Assembly: GCA_050949315.1 (NCBI GenBank)
Contig: JBMNFL010000001.1
Span: forward strand, 800,001-864,000
Origin: Bacilli bacterium
Lineage (GTDB): Bacteria; Bacillota_I; Bacilli_A; RFN20; UBA1709
Reading direction: 5' to 3'
DNA: 64,000 nucleotides
The notes under the pieces are model-generated. The model ran no database searches. It saw only the letters and a list, made by a program, of their open reading frames with translations, and was not told the DNA's origin. The position numbers were made by a program, and so were the translations under genes. Shown here piece by piece: positions 10,280 through 21,320 of this stretch (position 1 is its first letter; the number at the start of each line of letters is the position of its first letter).

Positions 10280-12233
10280 CTTTAAGGACCTCCCCAAGCG
10301 CCTTCTTTTGACAGCGGCGAATCGCAGGCGTGATTGCCAAAATAGCGGCCATTAAGGAAACAAAAAGACAAGTTACTAGTCCGCGACTACTAAAAGGTAA
10401 TAAATTAAAGGCCCAAGTCTGATCAAAAAGAGAAGGAGTTAAAGAAAAGAGCAAGCGACTGGCAAAAAAGGTTGCTAGTAAACTAAAGAAAAGGGCAGCA
10501 CCAGTTAATAAACTAGCTTCACTTAAGCCTAGCAAAAAAATCTCCTCATTACTTAAGCCAAAGGTTTTAAGTAGGGCGATTTCCTGAGATCGCTCCTTAA
10601 GGATATAGGTTAAGACTAAACTCAGTAAACTTAAGGTACAAAGGAAGATCATAATTAGACAAAAGATTAAAATCTTAGTGAAAGAATCTAATAACGAAGA
10701 AAAAGCTGATCGCAAAATTACAGTTGAATTATCAAAAATAAAATATTGATCCTCTTTAAATTCATAAGCCTCATAAAGATTGTGCATATTGGGATAGTTT
10801 TCAATAAGTTTATAAGCACTTTCAAAATCAGAGGTTATCTTAACAAGTAAGGGCAGAGGGACAATTTCTTGTTCCTTGAAGAAATAATTCTTAAAATCGG
10901 TAGGTAAGATTGAAATAAAATAACTGTTGTCTAAATAAATTTTAGCTTGATTATAACTACTCCCTTCATCGATGGTGGCGGCAATAGTAAAACTTTTATC
11001 AAGATTTAAGGTAGAGGCCAAGATAAAAGAGTCATATCTTATATGAATAGTTTCAGCTTCAGCACACTTTTTAGCAAAGCAACTATTAATTAAAGCTGTC
11101 TCTTTTTTGGGGGTAGAGCTTAAACCGAGTAAGCCTAATTGATATTTATTTAAAAGTGTATAATCAATAAAGCTGACAGAGTAATTAAAGTTTATTTTAG
11201 TTTCATCAACAAAAAAGGCTTCCAGCATAAAGTTATTGATAAGAAAGTTTAAATTATAGTATTGATAATAATGAACATTATTACTTTTAAGATAAGTTTC
11301 AAGTTCTAAGGGGACAGTTTTTTCTTTATTATTTTCATAGTAAGAAAAGCTCACGTATTTCGCATCAAGTTTATTGTTTTTTAGACAAGCAAGATAGGTA
11401 TTAGCTCCTTCACTTAAACCAAAAGTAAACATAATGCCGAGTAAACAAATCGCAAAAAGCAAGAAAACACTGATAATGCCTTTTTTTCGTTTCTTGTAGG
11501 AAATAAGGGTTTGTTTAAATAAAGTTAAGAAACCTAGAGGTTTAAGATAATGATTGATTGGCGCTTGTTCAAGGCCTAAGGGTTCTTCTAAAAATTCTTC
11601 CTTACACACTCCTGATTGTTCTAGATAAATAATGCGAGTGGCGTATTTTCTAGCCAGTTTTTCATCATGGGTTGCAAAAATGATTAAGCGACCTTCGGAA
11701 TTGTTCTTTAAAAGATCCATTATCATTTCCGCATTGCCAGAATCTAAGTGCCCAGTTGGTTCATCAGCTAAAAGTACCTTATTTTCTCTAAGCAAAGTTC
11801 TAGCAATAGCTACCCGTTGTTGTTCGCCGCCCGATAATTCATCAGGATAAGCATTGATTTTGTCGGCAATGCCTAATTTTTCTAATAGGGCGCAAGAAAA
11901 CTCTTTCTTAGTTTTATGTTTTAATAATGCTAAATCAAGATTTTGTTGAACAGTAAAATAAGGGATTAGGTGAAAATGCTGATAAATGAAGCCAAAAAGA
12001 TTAGCAAGATAAATTCTACGCTGGCGTTTTTTTATCTTCTTGTCATTAATTAAAAGGTGACCCTTATCACATTTTTCTTGCAGTCCAATAATTTCTAAAA
12101 GAGTGGTTTTGCCACAGCCACTAGGACCAAGTATAGCCACGAATTCATTTAAATTAAAAAGAAGAGTAACATCTTTTAAAACATTAACACTTCCATAACT
12201 CTTAGTAATGCCTGATAATTCAAGAAATGCCAT
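10272..12233 (-). CDS. MacB-like ABC ATPase-permease fusion
   Basis: GPSGCGKTT, LSGGEQQR, ADEPTG, ERSQEIALLKTFG FtsX motif. Confidence 0.87.
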   Translation of the reverse strand: MAFLELSGITKSYGSVNVLKDVTLLFNLNEFVAILGPSGCGKTTLLEIIGLQEKCDKGHLLINDKKIKKRQRRIYLANLFGFIYQHFHLIPYFTVQQNLDLALLKHKTKKEFSCALLEKLGIADKINAYPDELSGGEQQRVAIARTLLRENKVLLADEPTGHLDSGNAEMIMDLLKNNSEGRLIIFATHDEKLARKYATRIIYLEQSGVCKEEFLEEPLGLEQAPINHYLKPLGFLTLFKQTLISYKKRKKGIISVFLLFAICLLGIMFTFGLSEGANTYLACLKNNKLDAKYVSFSYYENNKEKTVPLELETYLKSNNVHYYQYYNLNFLINNFMLEAFFVDETKINFNYSVSFIDYTLLNKYQLGLLGLSSTPKKETALINSCFAKKCAEAETIHIRYDSFILASTLNLDKSFTIAATIDEGSSYNQAKIYLDNSYFISILPTDFKNYFFKEQEIVPLPLLVKITSDFESAYKLIENYPNMHNLYEAYEFKEDQYFIFDNSTVILRSAFSSLLDSFTKILIFCLIMIFLCTLSLLSLVLTYILKERSQEIALLKTFGLSNEEIFLLGLSEASLLTGAALFFSLLATFFASRLLFSLTPSLFDQTWAFNLLPFSSRGLVTCLFVSLMAAILAITPAIRRCQKKALGEVLKDE

Positions 12234-12342
12234 CTAATCGCCTCCCAGCAATTAAAATAGCCACTGAACTACCTGCTATTTAGTTGTGTTTTAATTATAA
12301 AGGAAGTTTAAGTATAAATGCAACAAAAAAGGGACTTGGTCC

Positions 12343-13191
12343 CTATTTGTCTTTCATAATTTTAGCAAGAATTTCGTCAAGCTCTTCTTGTGATTTGTAT
12401 TTGATTTTAATTTCGCCTTTAGCAACTTGAACTTGAGCATCTAGTTTTTGACCCAGGGCTCGTTCTTTTTGTTTGATAGGACTTAGTTGTCGAGATTTAG
12501 GTCTTGTTTTTCCTGCACTCACAAGACGCTCGGTTTCCCTAACATTGAGCCCAGCCCTTTGTATTTGCTCAATATAAGCCAAGGCCTCTTCTTCCTCTAA
12601 ACCGATAAGAGTCCGTACATGACCAACGCTTAAATTTTGTTTTTCAAGTTCTTTTTGTACTCGGATAGGGAGTGTTCTTAAACGTAAAATATTAGCGATA
12701 TAAGGACGAGATTTCCCGACTTTTTTGGCCAGTTGTTCTTGGGTGCAATTGTATTTTTTCTGTAGTTCAGCATAGGCCCGAGCCTCTTCAAGAGGGGAGA
12801 GATTTTCTCTTTGAATATTTTCAATCAAGGCAATCTCACTCATCTGTAGGTCATCAAATTCTTGAACGATGGCGGGGATGCTGGTTTTATTAGCTAATTT
12901 AGAAGCTCTAAAGCGCCGTTCGCCTGCGACTATTTCATATTTATTAGCCCTTCTACGAACAAGAATGGGTGTTAAAATACCGTGCTCTTTAATTGAATCC
13001 GCCAGCTCTTGTAAAGCTATAGGATCAAAATTTTGACGTGGCTGAAAGGGGTTAGGCACAATTTGATCTAAAGGGATTAATAACTGGGCCAAACTTTTAT
13101 CTTTTTGCAGCAATTCAACTGAAGTTAAAAGCGACTCATCTTTTAAGAGGTCACTTAAACTTCTGCCGAGTTTTTCGTTACTTTTTTTCAT
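12343..13191 (-). CDS. parB: ParB/Spo0J partition protein
   Basis: PNPFQPR, IVAGERRFRA, ENIQRENL, HTH. Confidence 0.95.
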   Translation of the reverse strand: MKKSNEKLGRSLSDLLKDESLLTSVELLQKDKSLAQLLIPLDQIVPNPFQPRQNFDPIALQELADSIKEHGILTPILVRRRANKYEIVAGERRFRASKLANKTSIPAIVQEFDDLQMSEIALIENIQRENLSPLEEARAYAELQKKYNCTQEQLAKKVGKSRPYIANILRLRTLPIRVQKELEKQNLSVGHVRTLIGLEEEEALAYIEQIQRAGLNVRETERLVSAGKTRPKSRQLSPIKQKERALGQKLDAQVQVAKGEIKIKYKSQEELDEILAKIMKDK

Positions 13192-13942
13192 TTCTTATCA
13201 CATCTCTTGCTACTTCTAAATAGGCTTTCGCGCCCGAGGCTTTGATATCATATTCAATGATACTTTTACCACGGCTTGAGGCTTCGACTAAACGAATATT
13301 GCGGGGAATCCCCACTGAATAGACCTTGTCTTTAAAGGTTTGCCTTACATCTTGTTGGACCTCGTTAGCAAACTTGGTGCGGAAGTCACACATGGTTAAT
13401 AAAACACCCTCGATTTGAATATTGGGATTTTCACTTTGTTGGAGTTTATGAATGTTATTTAAAAGCATAACAATACCTTCCATGGAGTAATACTCACACT
13501 GCATGGGGATTAAAACACTATCAGCCGCGACTAAAGCATTGAGGCTTAAGACACCTAAAGAAGGCGGACAATCAATAAAGATAAAATCATATTTGTGCTT
13601 AACTTTAACTAGTTGTTTTTTAAGTAGGCGATAACGCTCAATAGAGGCGTATTCAATATCAATGCTTGCTAGATCAATGGATCCTGGGATTAAGGATAAT
13701 TTAGGAAGACCAGTTTTAACGATGGCTTTTTCTAATTCGCTTTGTTCAGTTAAGACCTTATAGAGATTGGTATCAAATTGGGTAGCATCAAAACCAACAC
13801 CTCTAGTTGAGTTGCTTTGGGGATCAATATCAACTAAAAGAACCTTTTTGCCTAGGTAGGCAATAGAGGCCGATAAATTAATAGCGGTTGTTGTTTTTCC
13901 AACGCCGCCCTTTTGGTTAGCGATAGCAATAATTTTTCCCAT
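13178..13942 (-). CDS. parA: ParA/Soj ATPase
   Basis: NQKGGVGKTT, DIDPQ, IDCPPSLG. Confidence 0.95.
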   Translation of the reverse strand: MGKIIAIANQKGGVGKTTTAINLSASIAYLGKKVLLVDIDPQSNSTRGVGFDATQFDTNLYKVLTEQSELEKAIVKTGLPKLSLIPGSIDLASIDIEYASIERYRLLKKQLVKVKHKYDFIFIDCPPSLGVLSLNALVAADSVLIPMQCEYYSMEGIVMLLNNIHKLQQSENPNIQIEGVLLTMCDFRTKFANEVQQDVRQTFKDKVYSVGIPRNIRLVEASSRGKSIIEYDIKASGAKAYLEVARDVIRNEKK

Positions 13943-13951
13943 TTTTACTCC

Positions 13952-14638
13952 TTATAACGACTGCTTTTTTATTTTAGCATAATTTCTAGGATATTTTAAG
14001 CCATGGTCTTTTTCTTTGATAAAGTAAAGATTGCAGCGTTTACTTTGTTCGCTTGGAAGCAGGTATTCTTCTTTATTTATGAGTTTGTAACCCAAAGTAT
14101 CTATGGCTTTTTTAGCCTTTACTAATTCTTCTTGATACTTTGCTCCCTTCATGGCGATTAATATGCCGCCTTTTTTAACCAAGTTACAGCAGAGTTCTAA
14201 CAGAATATTTAAAGGGGCGAGACCACGAGCTAAGACATAATCAAAGGTTTTATCATATTCTTCAGCTCTTGCTACGACTGTTTGAATTTGTAAGTTAATC
14301 TTTTTGGATAAACTTTGGACGAAATCAATTTTACGGGCAGTGGAATCAAGAATGGTTAAATCTAAATCGGGTTTCACGATTTTCAAAGGTAAACCAGGAA
14401 ATCCCCCTCCTGAGCCAACATCAAGCACCGAACCTTTTAACTCCTGTTTAAAAAGAAGACTTAAAGAATCATAAAAGTGTTTTTCATAAACTTCTTCTTC
14501 GCTCGTTAGGGAAGTGAGATTATATTTTTGATTTTCGCTTATCAAAAAATAGTAATAGAATTCAAACTGATTTATCTGTTGACTATTAAGTTTGATGTTT
14601 TGTTTTTCTAATTCTTGGATGAAAGATAATTTATCCAT
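13952..14638 (-). CDS. rsmG: 16S rRNA m7G527 methyltransferase
   Basis: NLTS, HFYDSL, DVGSGGGFPG; follows mnmG. Confidence 0.95.
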   Translation of the reverse strand: MDKLSFIQELEKQNIKLNSQQINQFEFYYYFLISENQKYNLTSLTSEEEVYEKHFYDSLSLLFKQELKGSVLDVGSGGGFPGLPLKIVKPDLDLTILDSTARKIDFVQSLSKKINLQIQTVVARAEEYDKTFDYVLARGLAPLNILLELCCNLVKKGGILIAMKGAKYQEELVKAKKAIDTLGYKLINKEEYLLPSEQSKRCNLYFIKEKDHGLKYPRNYAKIKKQSL

Positions 14639-16499
14639 TGTTTGCCTCCTTTGTCCTTAGATGGATTAAAAGGATGGTGATATCGCTAGGATTAACTCCA
14701 GAAATCCTTGAGGCTTGTCCAAGGTTAAGGGGCTTAACTTTATTAAGTTTTTGACAGGCTTCTGAGGCAAGATTAGGGATGAGATTGTAATCTTGTTCAG
14801 GATCCAAACTTAAGCTTTCTAGTTTTAATAATTCCTGAACGGTTTCTTCTTGTTTTTTAAGATAACCGGCATATTTCGTTTGAATTTCAACTTCTTGAAC
14901 AACCTCGTCGGAATATTTTTTCTTCAGTTTTAAATAATCTTCAAGTAAGGAAAATTTTAAAAATGGTCGCTTAAGTAAGTCATGGGCTGAAGCGCTACCG
15001 TCGATGGGACTTAAATCATTTTCTATCAATCTTTTGTTAATGGGGTGTTTAAAACTAAAATGGGTCTTTTTTAAAATGTTTTGTAATTCTTCAATGTCGT
15101 GTTTCTTTTGTAATAAGAAAGTATATTGTTCTTGGGAGATTAGACCAACTTGATAGCCATATTCTCTAAGTCGTAGATCGGCATTGTTATGTCTTAGAAG
15201 CAAACGATATTCGGAACGCGAGGTTAACAAGCGATAAGGCTCATTTGTTCCTTTGGTTGTTAAATCATCGATCATTAAGCCGATATAAGACTCATCACGC
15301 CTTAAAATAAAGGGCTTTTTTCCTTGGAGTTTAAGACAGGCATTAATTCCCGCCATTAAGCCTTGACCGGCGGCTTCTTCATAACCACTAGTACCATTTA
15401 TTTGCCCGGCACAGAAAAGGTTAACAATCTTTTTGCTCTCTAAAGTGGGTTTAAGCTCTAAAGGGTTGATACAGTCATATTCAATAGCATAGGCGTACTT
15501 TAAAATCTCACAATTTTCAAAGCCGGGTAAGGAATAAATCATTTTCTTTTGAATCTCTTCAGGCATTGAAGTTGAAAAGCCTTGTAAGTATACGGTATTT
15601 AAACGTTTAGATTCGGGTTCGACAAACAATTGATGCCGTTCTTTATCGGCAAATTTAACAATTTTATCCTCTACGGAGGGGCAGTATCTAGGACCAATGC
15701 CAGTAACAAGTCCACCATACATGGCAGAGGACTCTAGATTTTGACGGATGATTTCATGGGTTTTTGGTGTCGTGTGGATTAAGTAACACAAAGACTGCTC
15801 TTCTAAAGGTATAAAGGAAGTCGTTGAATAGGAGAAAGCCAAATTACCAGGACTGCCTGGTTCGAGTTTCATCTTAGAAAAATCAATAGTATCGGCTTTG
15901 ATTCTTGGTGGAGTCCCGGTTTTAAAACGGCGAATCTCTAAACCATGCTCGGCTAGCGATTTAGATAGGCCATAGGCGTATCTTTGGCCATCAGGACCGC
16001 TTTTAATACTTGTATGGCCTCGTAAAATACTAGCTTCAAGATAAGTGCCAGTTGTTAGGATAGTAATGCGTCCTAAAAGTTTAGTACCGTCTTCTAAAAC
16101 GACACCAAGACAGCGATTATTCTCAACAATGATGGCGGTGACCATGGCTTCTTTGACCTCTAAATTAGGGGTAGAAAGGCAAAGGTTTTTCATATAGTCA
16201 ACATAAGCCAGTTTATCAGATTGGCAGCGTAAACAACGCACACCAGGTCCTTTTTTGGTGTTCAATATCTTCATTTGCAAATAAGTGGCATCGGCGGCTT
16301 TAGCCATCTCTCCACCTAAAGCGTCAATTTCTCTAACCACCACCCCTTTAGCGGGACCGCCTATTGAGGGATTACAAGGAAGACTAGCGATATTATTGAT
16401 ATCAAGTGTTAGTAAGCATACTTTAAAGCCAAGTCTAACACCTGCTAAAGCGGCTTCAATTCCCGCATGACCAGCACCAACGACAATTAAATCAAACAT
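14631..16499 (-). CDS. mnmG: tRNA uridine-34 carboxymethylaminomethyl modification enzyme
   Basis: GAGHAG, CNPSIGG, GPRYCPSVEDK, GQINGTSGYEEAA. Confidence 0.97.
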   Translation of the reverse strand: MFDLIVVGAGHAGIEAALAGVRLGFKVCLLTLDINNIASLPCNPSIGGPAKGVVVREIDALGGEMAKAADATYLQMKILNTKKGPGVRCLRCQSDKLAYVDYMKNLCLSTPNLEVKEAMVTAIIVENNRCLGVVLEDGTKLLGRITILTTGTYLEASILRGHTSIKSGPDGQRYAYGLSKSLAEHGLEIRRFKTGTPPRIKADTIDFSKMKLEPGSPGNLAFSYSTTSFIPLEEQSLCYLIHTTPKTHEIIRQNLESSAMYGGLVTGIGPRYCPSVEDKIVKFADKERHQLFVEPESKRLNTVYLQGFSTSMPEEIQKKMIYSLPGFENCEILKYAYAIEYDCINPLELKPTLESKKIVNLFCAGQINGTSGYEEAAGQGLMAGINACLKLQGKKPFILRRDESYIGLMIDDLTTKGTNEPYRLLTSRSEYRLLLRHNNADLRLREYGYQVGLISQEQYTFLLQKKHDIEELQNILKKTHFSFKHPINKRLIENDLSPIDGSASAHDLLKRPFLKFSLLEDYLKLKKKYSDEVVQEVEIQTKYAGYLKKQEETVQELLKLESLSLDPEQDYNLIPNLASEACQKLNKVKPLNLGQASRISGVNPSDITILLIHLRTKEANNG

Positions 16500-16503
16500 G
16501 CAA

Positions 16504-18087
16504 TTATCCCTTCATCTTACTTTGGATATATTCGCTTTCGATTTTGGGGTCAAGGCGCGGGAAAAGAACAGAGGTTTTGTTGACCATTTTGTTAGCAACG
16601 GTTTGATAATCTAACATGGAGTCGTAGCTAGTGTCTTCAACACCCAAAAAATTAAAGACCTTCGGTGTTGCTTCTACCAAGATGGGACTAAGCATAATAG
16701 TTGCTTCTTTAATAAGCAGGGCTAGATGGACTAAAACGGAATCTAATTCCGCCTTTTTGCTTAGGTCTTTAGCCAAAACCCAGGGTTGAGTCTCATCAAT
16801 ATATTTATTGCCTTTAGACAAAAGTTCAAAGGCCTCTTTAATGGCATCGGTAATATAGAATTTATCCATATAATATTCGTAATTCTTTTTGGCTTTTTGA
16901 CAGGCTTCTTCTAGTTTTTGATCAAATTCAGTAATTGGGCCGGCATATTTAGGAGTCAAGCCAGCACAATATTTATTAATCATGGCCACACTGCGATTGA
17001 CTAAATTGCCATAGTTGTTAACTAAATCATTATTAAAGTTATTGATGAAAAGTTCAGGGGTAAAAAGACCGTCATCCCCAAAGACAATGCAATTAACAGA
17101 AAAATAACGCAAAGAATCTAGTCCATAACGCGAGATTAAATCTTCAGGATAAACAACATTGCCCTTGGATTTAGCCATGCGGCCATCTTTCATCATTATC
17201 CAGCCGTGACCATAGATTTTAGAAGGAAGATCAAGACCCAAGGCTAACAGCATTATAGGCCAATAGATACAATGGAAACGGGTGATCTCTTTACCCACCA
17301 CATGCAGAATCTCGTGATTTTCATCATTATGCCAAAACTTTTTAAATAGACTTTCATCAGAACTGTTATAGCCAAGGGCGTTAATATAGTTTGATAAGGC
17401 ATCAATCCAAACATAGACAACATGCCTTGGGTCTTCTAAAACAGGAACACCCCAACTAAAAGAGGTTCTTGAGACACAGAGATCTTCAAGACCAGGTTTA
17501 ATAAAGTTGTTGACTAACTCATTACGTCTGGCTATTGGTTCAATAAAATCTGGGTGTTTGTCATAATGCTCAAGCAGTTGATCAACATATTTAGACATTT
17601 TAAAAAAGTAAGACTCTTCCTGCTCTAAATGAACAGGACGGCCACAATCAGGGCAGAGTTTATTTTCACCAATTTGGGTATCGGTCCAGAAAGACTCACA
17701 AGGAGTGCAGTACCAACCCTGATATTTTGATTTATAGATATCATCGTTTTTAATAAAGGTGGAAAAGATTTTTTGAACGCTTTGGACATGGTTTTCATCA
17801 GTAGTCCGAATAAAATAATCATAATCAATTTTTAATAAGCGCCAAAGATCCTTACAGTTTTCAACTAGATCATCAGCGTATTTTTTAGGAGTTAAACCTA
17901 ATTCATGGGCTTTTTCTTGGACCTTTTGTCCGTGTTCATCGGTTCCGGTAACGAAGAAAACATCGTAATTACGCATCCTTTTATAACGGGCAATCACATC
18001 GCAAGTAATCGTTGTGTAAGAATGTCCAATCGTTAAACGCCCCGAAGTGTAATAAATGGGGGTAGAGACAAAAAAAGTCTTTTTCAT
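16504..18087 (-). CDS. metG: Methionyl-tRNA synthetase (short form, no C-terminal tRNA-binding domain)
   Basis: STPIYY, TIGH (HIGH-like), GTDEHG, RMAKS (KMSKS-like), Zn knuckle. Confidence 0.95.
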   Translation of the reverse strand: MKKTFFVSTPIYYTSGRLTIGHSYTTITCDVIARYKRMRNYDVFFVTGTDEHGQKVQEKAHELGLTPKKYADDLVENCKDLWRLLKIDYDYFIRTTDENHVQSVQKIFSTFIKNDDIYKSKYQGWYCTPCESFWTDTQIGENKLCPDCGRPVHLEQEESYFFKMSKYVDQLLEHYDKHPDFIEPIARRNELVNNFIKPGLEDLCVSRTSFSWGVPVLEDPRHVVYVWIDALSNYINALGYNSSDESLFKKFWHNDENHEILHVVGKEITRFHCIYWPIMLLALGLDLPSKIYGHGWIMMKDGRMAKSKGNVVYPEDLISRYGLDSLRYFSVNCIVFGDDGLFTPELFINNFNNDLVNNYGNLVNRSVAMINKYCAGLTPKYAGPITEFDQKLEEACQKAKKNYEYYMDKFYITDAIKEAFELLSKGNKYIDETQPWVLAKDLSKKAELDSVLVHLALLIKEATIMLSPILVEATPKVFNFLGVEDTSYDSMLDYQTVANKMVNKTSVLFPRLDPKIESEYIQSKMKG

Positions 18088-18161
18088 GTTTATCAACTCC
18101 TAAGAGTTAATTATAGCATCATATAATTAAAAAAAGATAGAAAATTTCTATCTCTATCTTT

Positions 18162-19205
18162 TTAAAAATCAAACATATAGTCTTCTGCTCGCTCAAAAGC
18201 GGTGTTGTTCAATATAAGATCTAAAGAATAGGTATATTCGGCTGAAATGTATTCAATAATAGTAGTCTTGTCTTTTTCGTCGCTAGAAATAGGGAAGGCC
18301 TGCTTTAAAGAAATTCTATATTTGGATTCTGGGAAGTCACGGAAAAGCCGGAATCTATTAGGTATTTTTGAGGTAGTTTTAATCTGGTTTAAATTAGTCG
18401 TTTTGAGTTCGTTTTTACTATTGTAAATATATTCGTTTCTTTTTTCTTCAGAAAGAAATTCTGCTCTATGAATATCAAAATAATTATCATAGTAAGAAGT
18501 GGTTATAATATTTTCGGTTCGCCAGTTTTCTGGCGGCATAGTCATCCAACTGATTTTTTTACTATAGTTATAAATTCTATTTTCTTTATTTTTAGTAGTT
18601 AAAGTTATGGAGACTTTCAAGTAATAAAAGTTTTCAATTTGGGGTTTAAAATTTGGACCAGTAATCATGAAACAGCAATAACTATTGCCCCTAGAATTAT
18701 GAGCGGCAATGATATAGTTTCCTGTCTCGCTGAAGGTTTTTTCACCGGTAAATTTCTCGAAATCCCCGTTATCTTTAGAATAGGCGATGAAAACATTTTC
18801 ACACGAACCACAAGTAATTTCTCCGGTTTCTAGAAAATCATAAGTAACTAGAACTTCGCTTGTAGTTGAAGAATAATTGTCCACGCCATGTAGTTCAATT
18901 ATCGGTAAGGATTCTGGAGGAATGTCTTGATTTGTTTCTTGATAATCGTTAGCTTTTTTCTTTTTATTGATTTTCTTTCTATTTGTATAGGCTTGTTTGT
19001 TTTGACTAGCTCCAGCTTTTAACTCAAAATTGAAGGTGTCAAGTTCTTTCATTTGGTAATCTTGATCAGCGAAAGTAACTTCATAACAAGCGTTTCTCAT
19101 CTCGTAATCAATAATTATTGGTTGTGGCTCTTTTTTGCTGCACGAACTTATTAATAGGCTTGATAAAGAAAGTAGCAGGGCCGCAAAGATAATCCTTTTT
19201 TTCAT
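18162..19205 (-). CDS. Hypothetical lipoprotein
   Basis: Signal peptide ending LISSC; no recognised domain. Confidence 0.7.
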   Translation of the reverse strand: MKKRIIFAALLLSLSSLLISSCSKKEPQPIIIDYEMRNACYEVTFADQDYQMKELDTFNFELKAGASQNKQAYTNRKKINKKKKANDYQETNQDIPPESLPIIELHGVDNYSSTTSEVLVTYDFLETGEITCGSCENVFIAYSKDNGDFEKFTGEKTFSETGNYIIAAHNSRGNSYCCFMITGPNFKPQIENFYYLKVSITLTTKNKENRIYNYSKKISWMTMPPENWRTENIITTSYYDNYFDIHRAEFLSEEKRNEYIYNSKNELKTTNLNQIKTTSKIPNRFRLFRDFPESKYRISLKQAFPISSDEKDKTTIIEYISAEYTYSLDLILNNTAFERAEDYMFDF

Positions 19206-19287
19206 GACTATCCCTTCTTTCCTTTTATGTGACTTCTATTATAGCACTAATATAAAAAAAGACCAGTTTGCAACTGGTCCTTAAATT

Positions 19288-20529
19288 TTAAAAAGCGAAA
19301 TTGCCGTTTTTAAAGATTTGAACTTTTTCCCCATCTTTTGTTAAACCCACGATATTAAGGTCTTCTGAACCAACCATGAAGTCAACGTGGATGAAGGAAC
19401 TATTGGCCCCTTCTTTTTCTAGTGCTTCTTTACTCATCGTGGTCCCTTTTTTGATGTTCATAGGATAAGCTCTTCCAAGGGCCAAGTGGCAGGAAGCATT
19501 TTCATCAAAAAGGGTACTATAAAAGAGAATGCCACTTTTGTTAATTGGTGAATCAAAAGGAACGAGGGCGACTTCACCTAGACGACGACTGCCAGGATCG
19601 GTTTCTAATAAGGCCTTAAGATATTCTTTTCCAACTTTGGCATCATATTTAACTACCGCACCATCTTTGAACTCTAACCAAAAATCATCGATGATATTGC
19701 CGTTATTAACTAAGGGTTTAGTGGCATAAACGCGACCATTAACACCATCTTTATGGGGCATGGAGAAGACTTCTTCAGTTGGCATGTTGGGATTAAAGAC
19801 AATCTTACGGCCATCAGCGGTTTTCTCGCTTCCGCCTGCCCACAGATGATTAACGGGGAGTTTAATCCTTAAGTCTGTACCTAATGAATTTGTATAATGG
19901 AGTTCAGCAAGGTCTAAGCGATTGAGAATAGAACAATTTTTCTTCATCCGGTTATTGTGAATTTTCCAGGCCCGAATGGGGTCATTATTCTTAGTGATGT
20001 GAACACACTTGAGAATAGCGTTTTCTAGCTTTTTAAGCGCTACTTTTTCGCTGTCATCTGGGAAGCATTTTTTCGCCCAAGCAAGATTGGGATAAGCAGC
20101 AATAGTCCATTGACCTTTGTTGCCCATGGTATAATTCATCATCTCAGGAGCCTTAGTCATCATAGCGATTTGGGTGGCTTTAATTTTTTCGGGATCAACG
20201 CCCACCATGGCTTCTGGATCTAAGGTTGCGATGGAGATAAGGCAGCAACCACGGTCGATATACCATTTCTCCCGTTCCACTAGCCATTCAGGAATTTCTG
20301 TCAAGGTTTCTAAACTTTGATGGTCAAAGTGAATTTTGACTAGTTGGGGTTCGCCCCAGTCCACGCGAACACTTTTAGCACCGGCCTTGTAGGCTTCTTT
20401 CACAACTTCAAGAGCTAAAGGCTTGGCATCTAGTGAAGCCCGCAAAATGACTGGTTGATCTTTTTGCACATTGGCGCCAGTTTTAACAATTAAATTGGCG
20501 TATTTTTCTAAAATTTCTTTACTATACAT
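19288..20529 (-). CDS. Aminopeptidase, M29 (AmpS/PepS) family
   Basis: NMPTEEVF, LGEVAL, FDENASCHLALG, HVDFM. Confidence 0.93.
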   Translation of the reverse strand: MYSKEILEKYANLIVKTGANVQKDQPVILRASLDAKPLALEVVKEAYKAGAKSVRVDWGEPQLVKIHFDHQSLETLTEIPEWLVEREKWYIDRGCCLISIATLDPEAMVGVDPEKIKATQIAMMTKAPEMMNYTMGNKGQWTIAAYPNLAWAKKCFPDDSEKVALKKLENAILKCVHITKNNDPIRAWKIHNNRMKKNCSILNRLDLAELHYTNSLGTDLRIKLPVNHLWAGGSEKTADGRKIVFNPNMPTEEVFSMPHKDGVNGRVYATKPLVNNGNIIDDFWLEFKDGAVVKYDAKVGKEYLKALLETDPGSRRLGEVALVPFDSPINKSGILFYSTLFDENASCHLALGRAYPMNIKKGTTMSKEALEKEGANSSFIHVDFMVGSEDLNIVGLTKDGEKVQIFKNGNFAF

Positions 20530-20628
20530 ATTTTTACCTCTTTTCTTCTTCAATTATTCATCTATTGACTAAAAATTTCAACTTAAAAAGGATTGACCGA
20601 TTGAATCAATCCTTTCTGTCAAGTACTT

Positions 20629-21168
20629 TTACCAGGTTATAACCCGGACAACAAAGTAGCCGCGATCGTGTTTACAGACTGGGCAGAGCATTGGGGGTTC
20701 AGTACCTTCCCAAAGCTTACCGCAGTTGGTACAAATCCAAACGGTTTTTTCCCGTTTCTTAAATACGGTACCTTCAACGACACTTTGTTTTAATTTTCTA
20801 AATCTTTCCTCATGTGTTTTTTCAATCTTAGCAACTTCGTCGAAAAGATAGGCTAATTCAGTAAAGCCTTCTTCTTTAGCGACCTTAGCAAATTCGGCAT
20901 ACATAGTGGTCCACTCATAGTTTTCACCGTTAGCGGCATCTTCAAGATTATCAGCCGTTGTGGGGATTTCACCACCATGCAGGGCCTTAAACCAAAGTTC
21001 AGCGTGTTCTTTTTCATTGCCGGCGGTTTCTTCAAAGAAAGCGGCAATTTGGTTATAGCCTTCTTTTTTCGCTTTTGAAGCATAATAGGTATACTTATTG
21101 CGAGCCTCAGACTCGCCAGCAAAAGCCGTCATCAAATTTTTCTCAGTTCTACTACCTTTTAAATTCAT
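20629..21168 (-). CDS. rbr: Rubrerythrin
   Basis: [12 protein letters not shown], two ExxH motifs, C-terminal CxxC...CxxC. Confidence 0.95.
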   Translation of the reverse strand: MNLKGSRTEKNLMTAFAGESEARNKYTYYASKAKKEGYNQIAAFFEETAGNEKEHAELWFKALHGGEIPTTADNLEDAANGENYEWTTMYAEFAKVAKEEGFTELAYLFDEVAKIEKTHEERFRKLKQSVVEGTVFKKREKTVWICTNCGKLWEGTEPPMLCPVCKHDRGYFVVRVITW

Positions 21169-21320
21169 ATTTTTCCCTCCTTATATATTCGTTTTAATTA
21201 TAACATTCAAAAAAACAATAGACAAATAGAATGCTTAAGAAAAGAAAGTTAAATAAAGGACTAGGCCTTTTGCTTGTCACTATTTGTGGAATGTAGTAAA
21301 CTTTCCATGGAGGATAACAA

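Noticed and set aside
21170-21320. Possible oriC at the gene-orientation switch
   Set aside because: Short spacer with no TTATCCACA cluster; looks like ordinary divergent promoters
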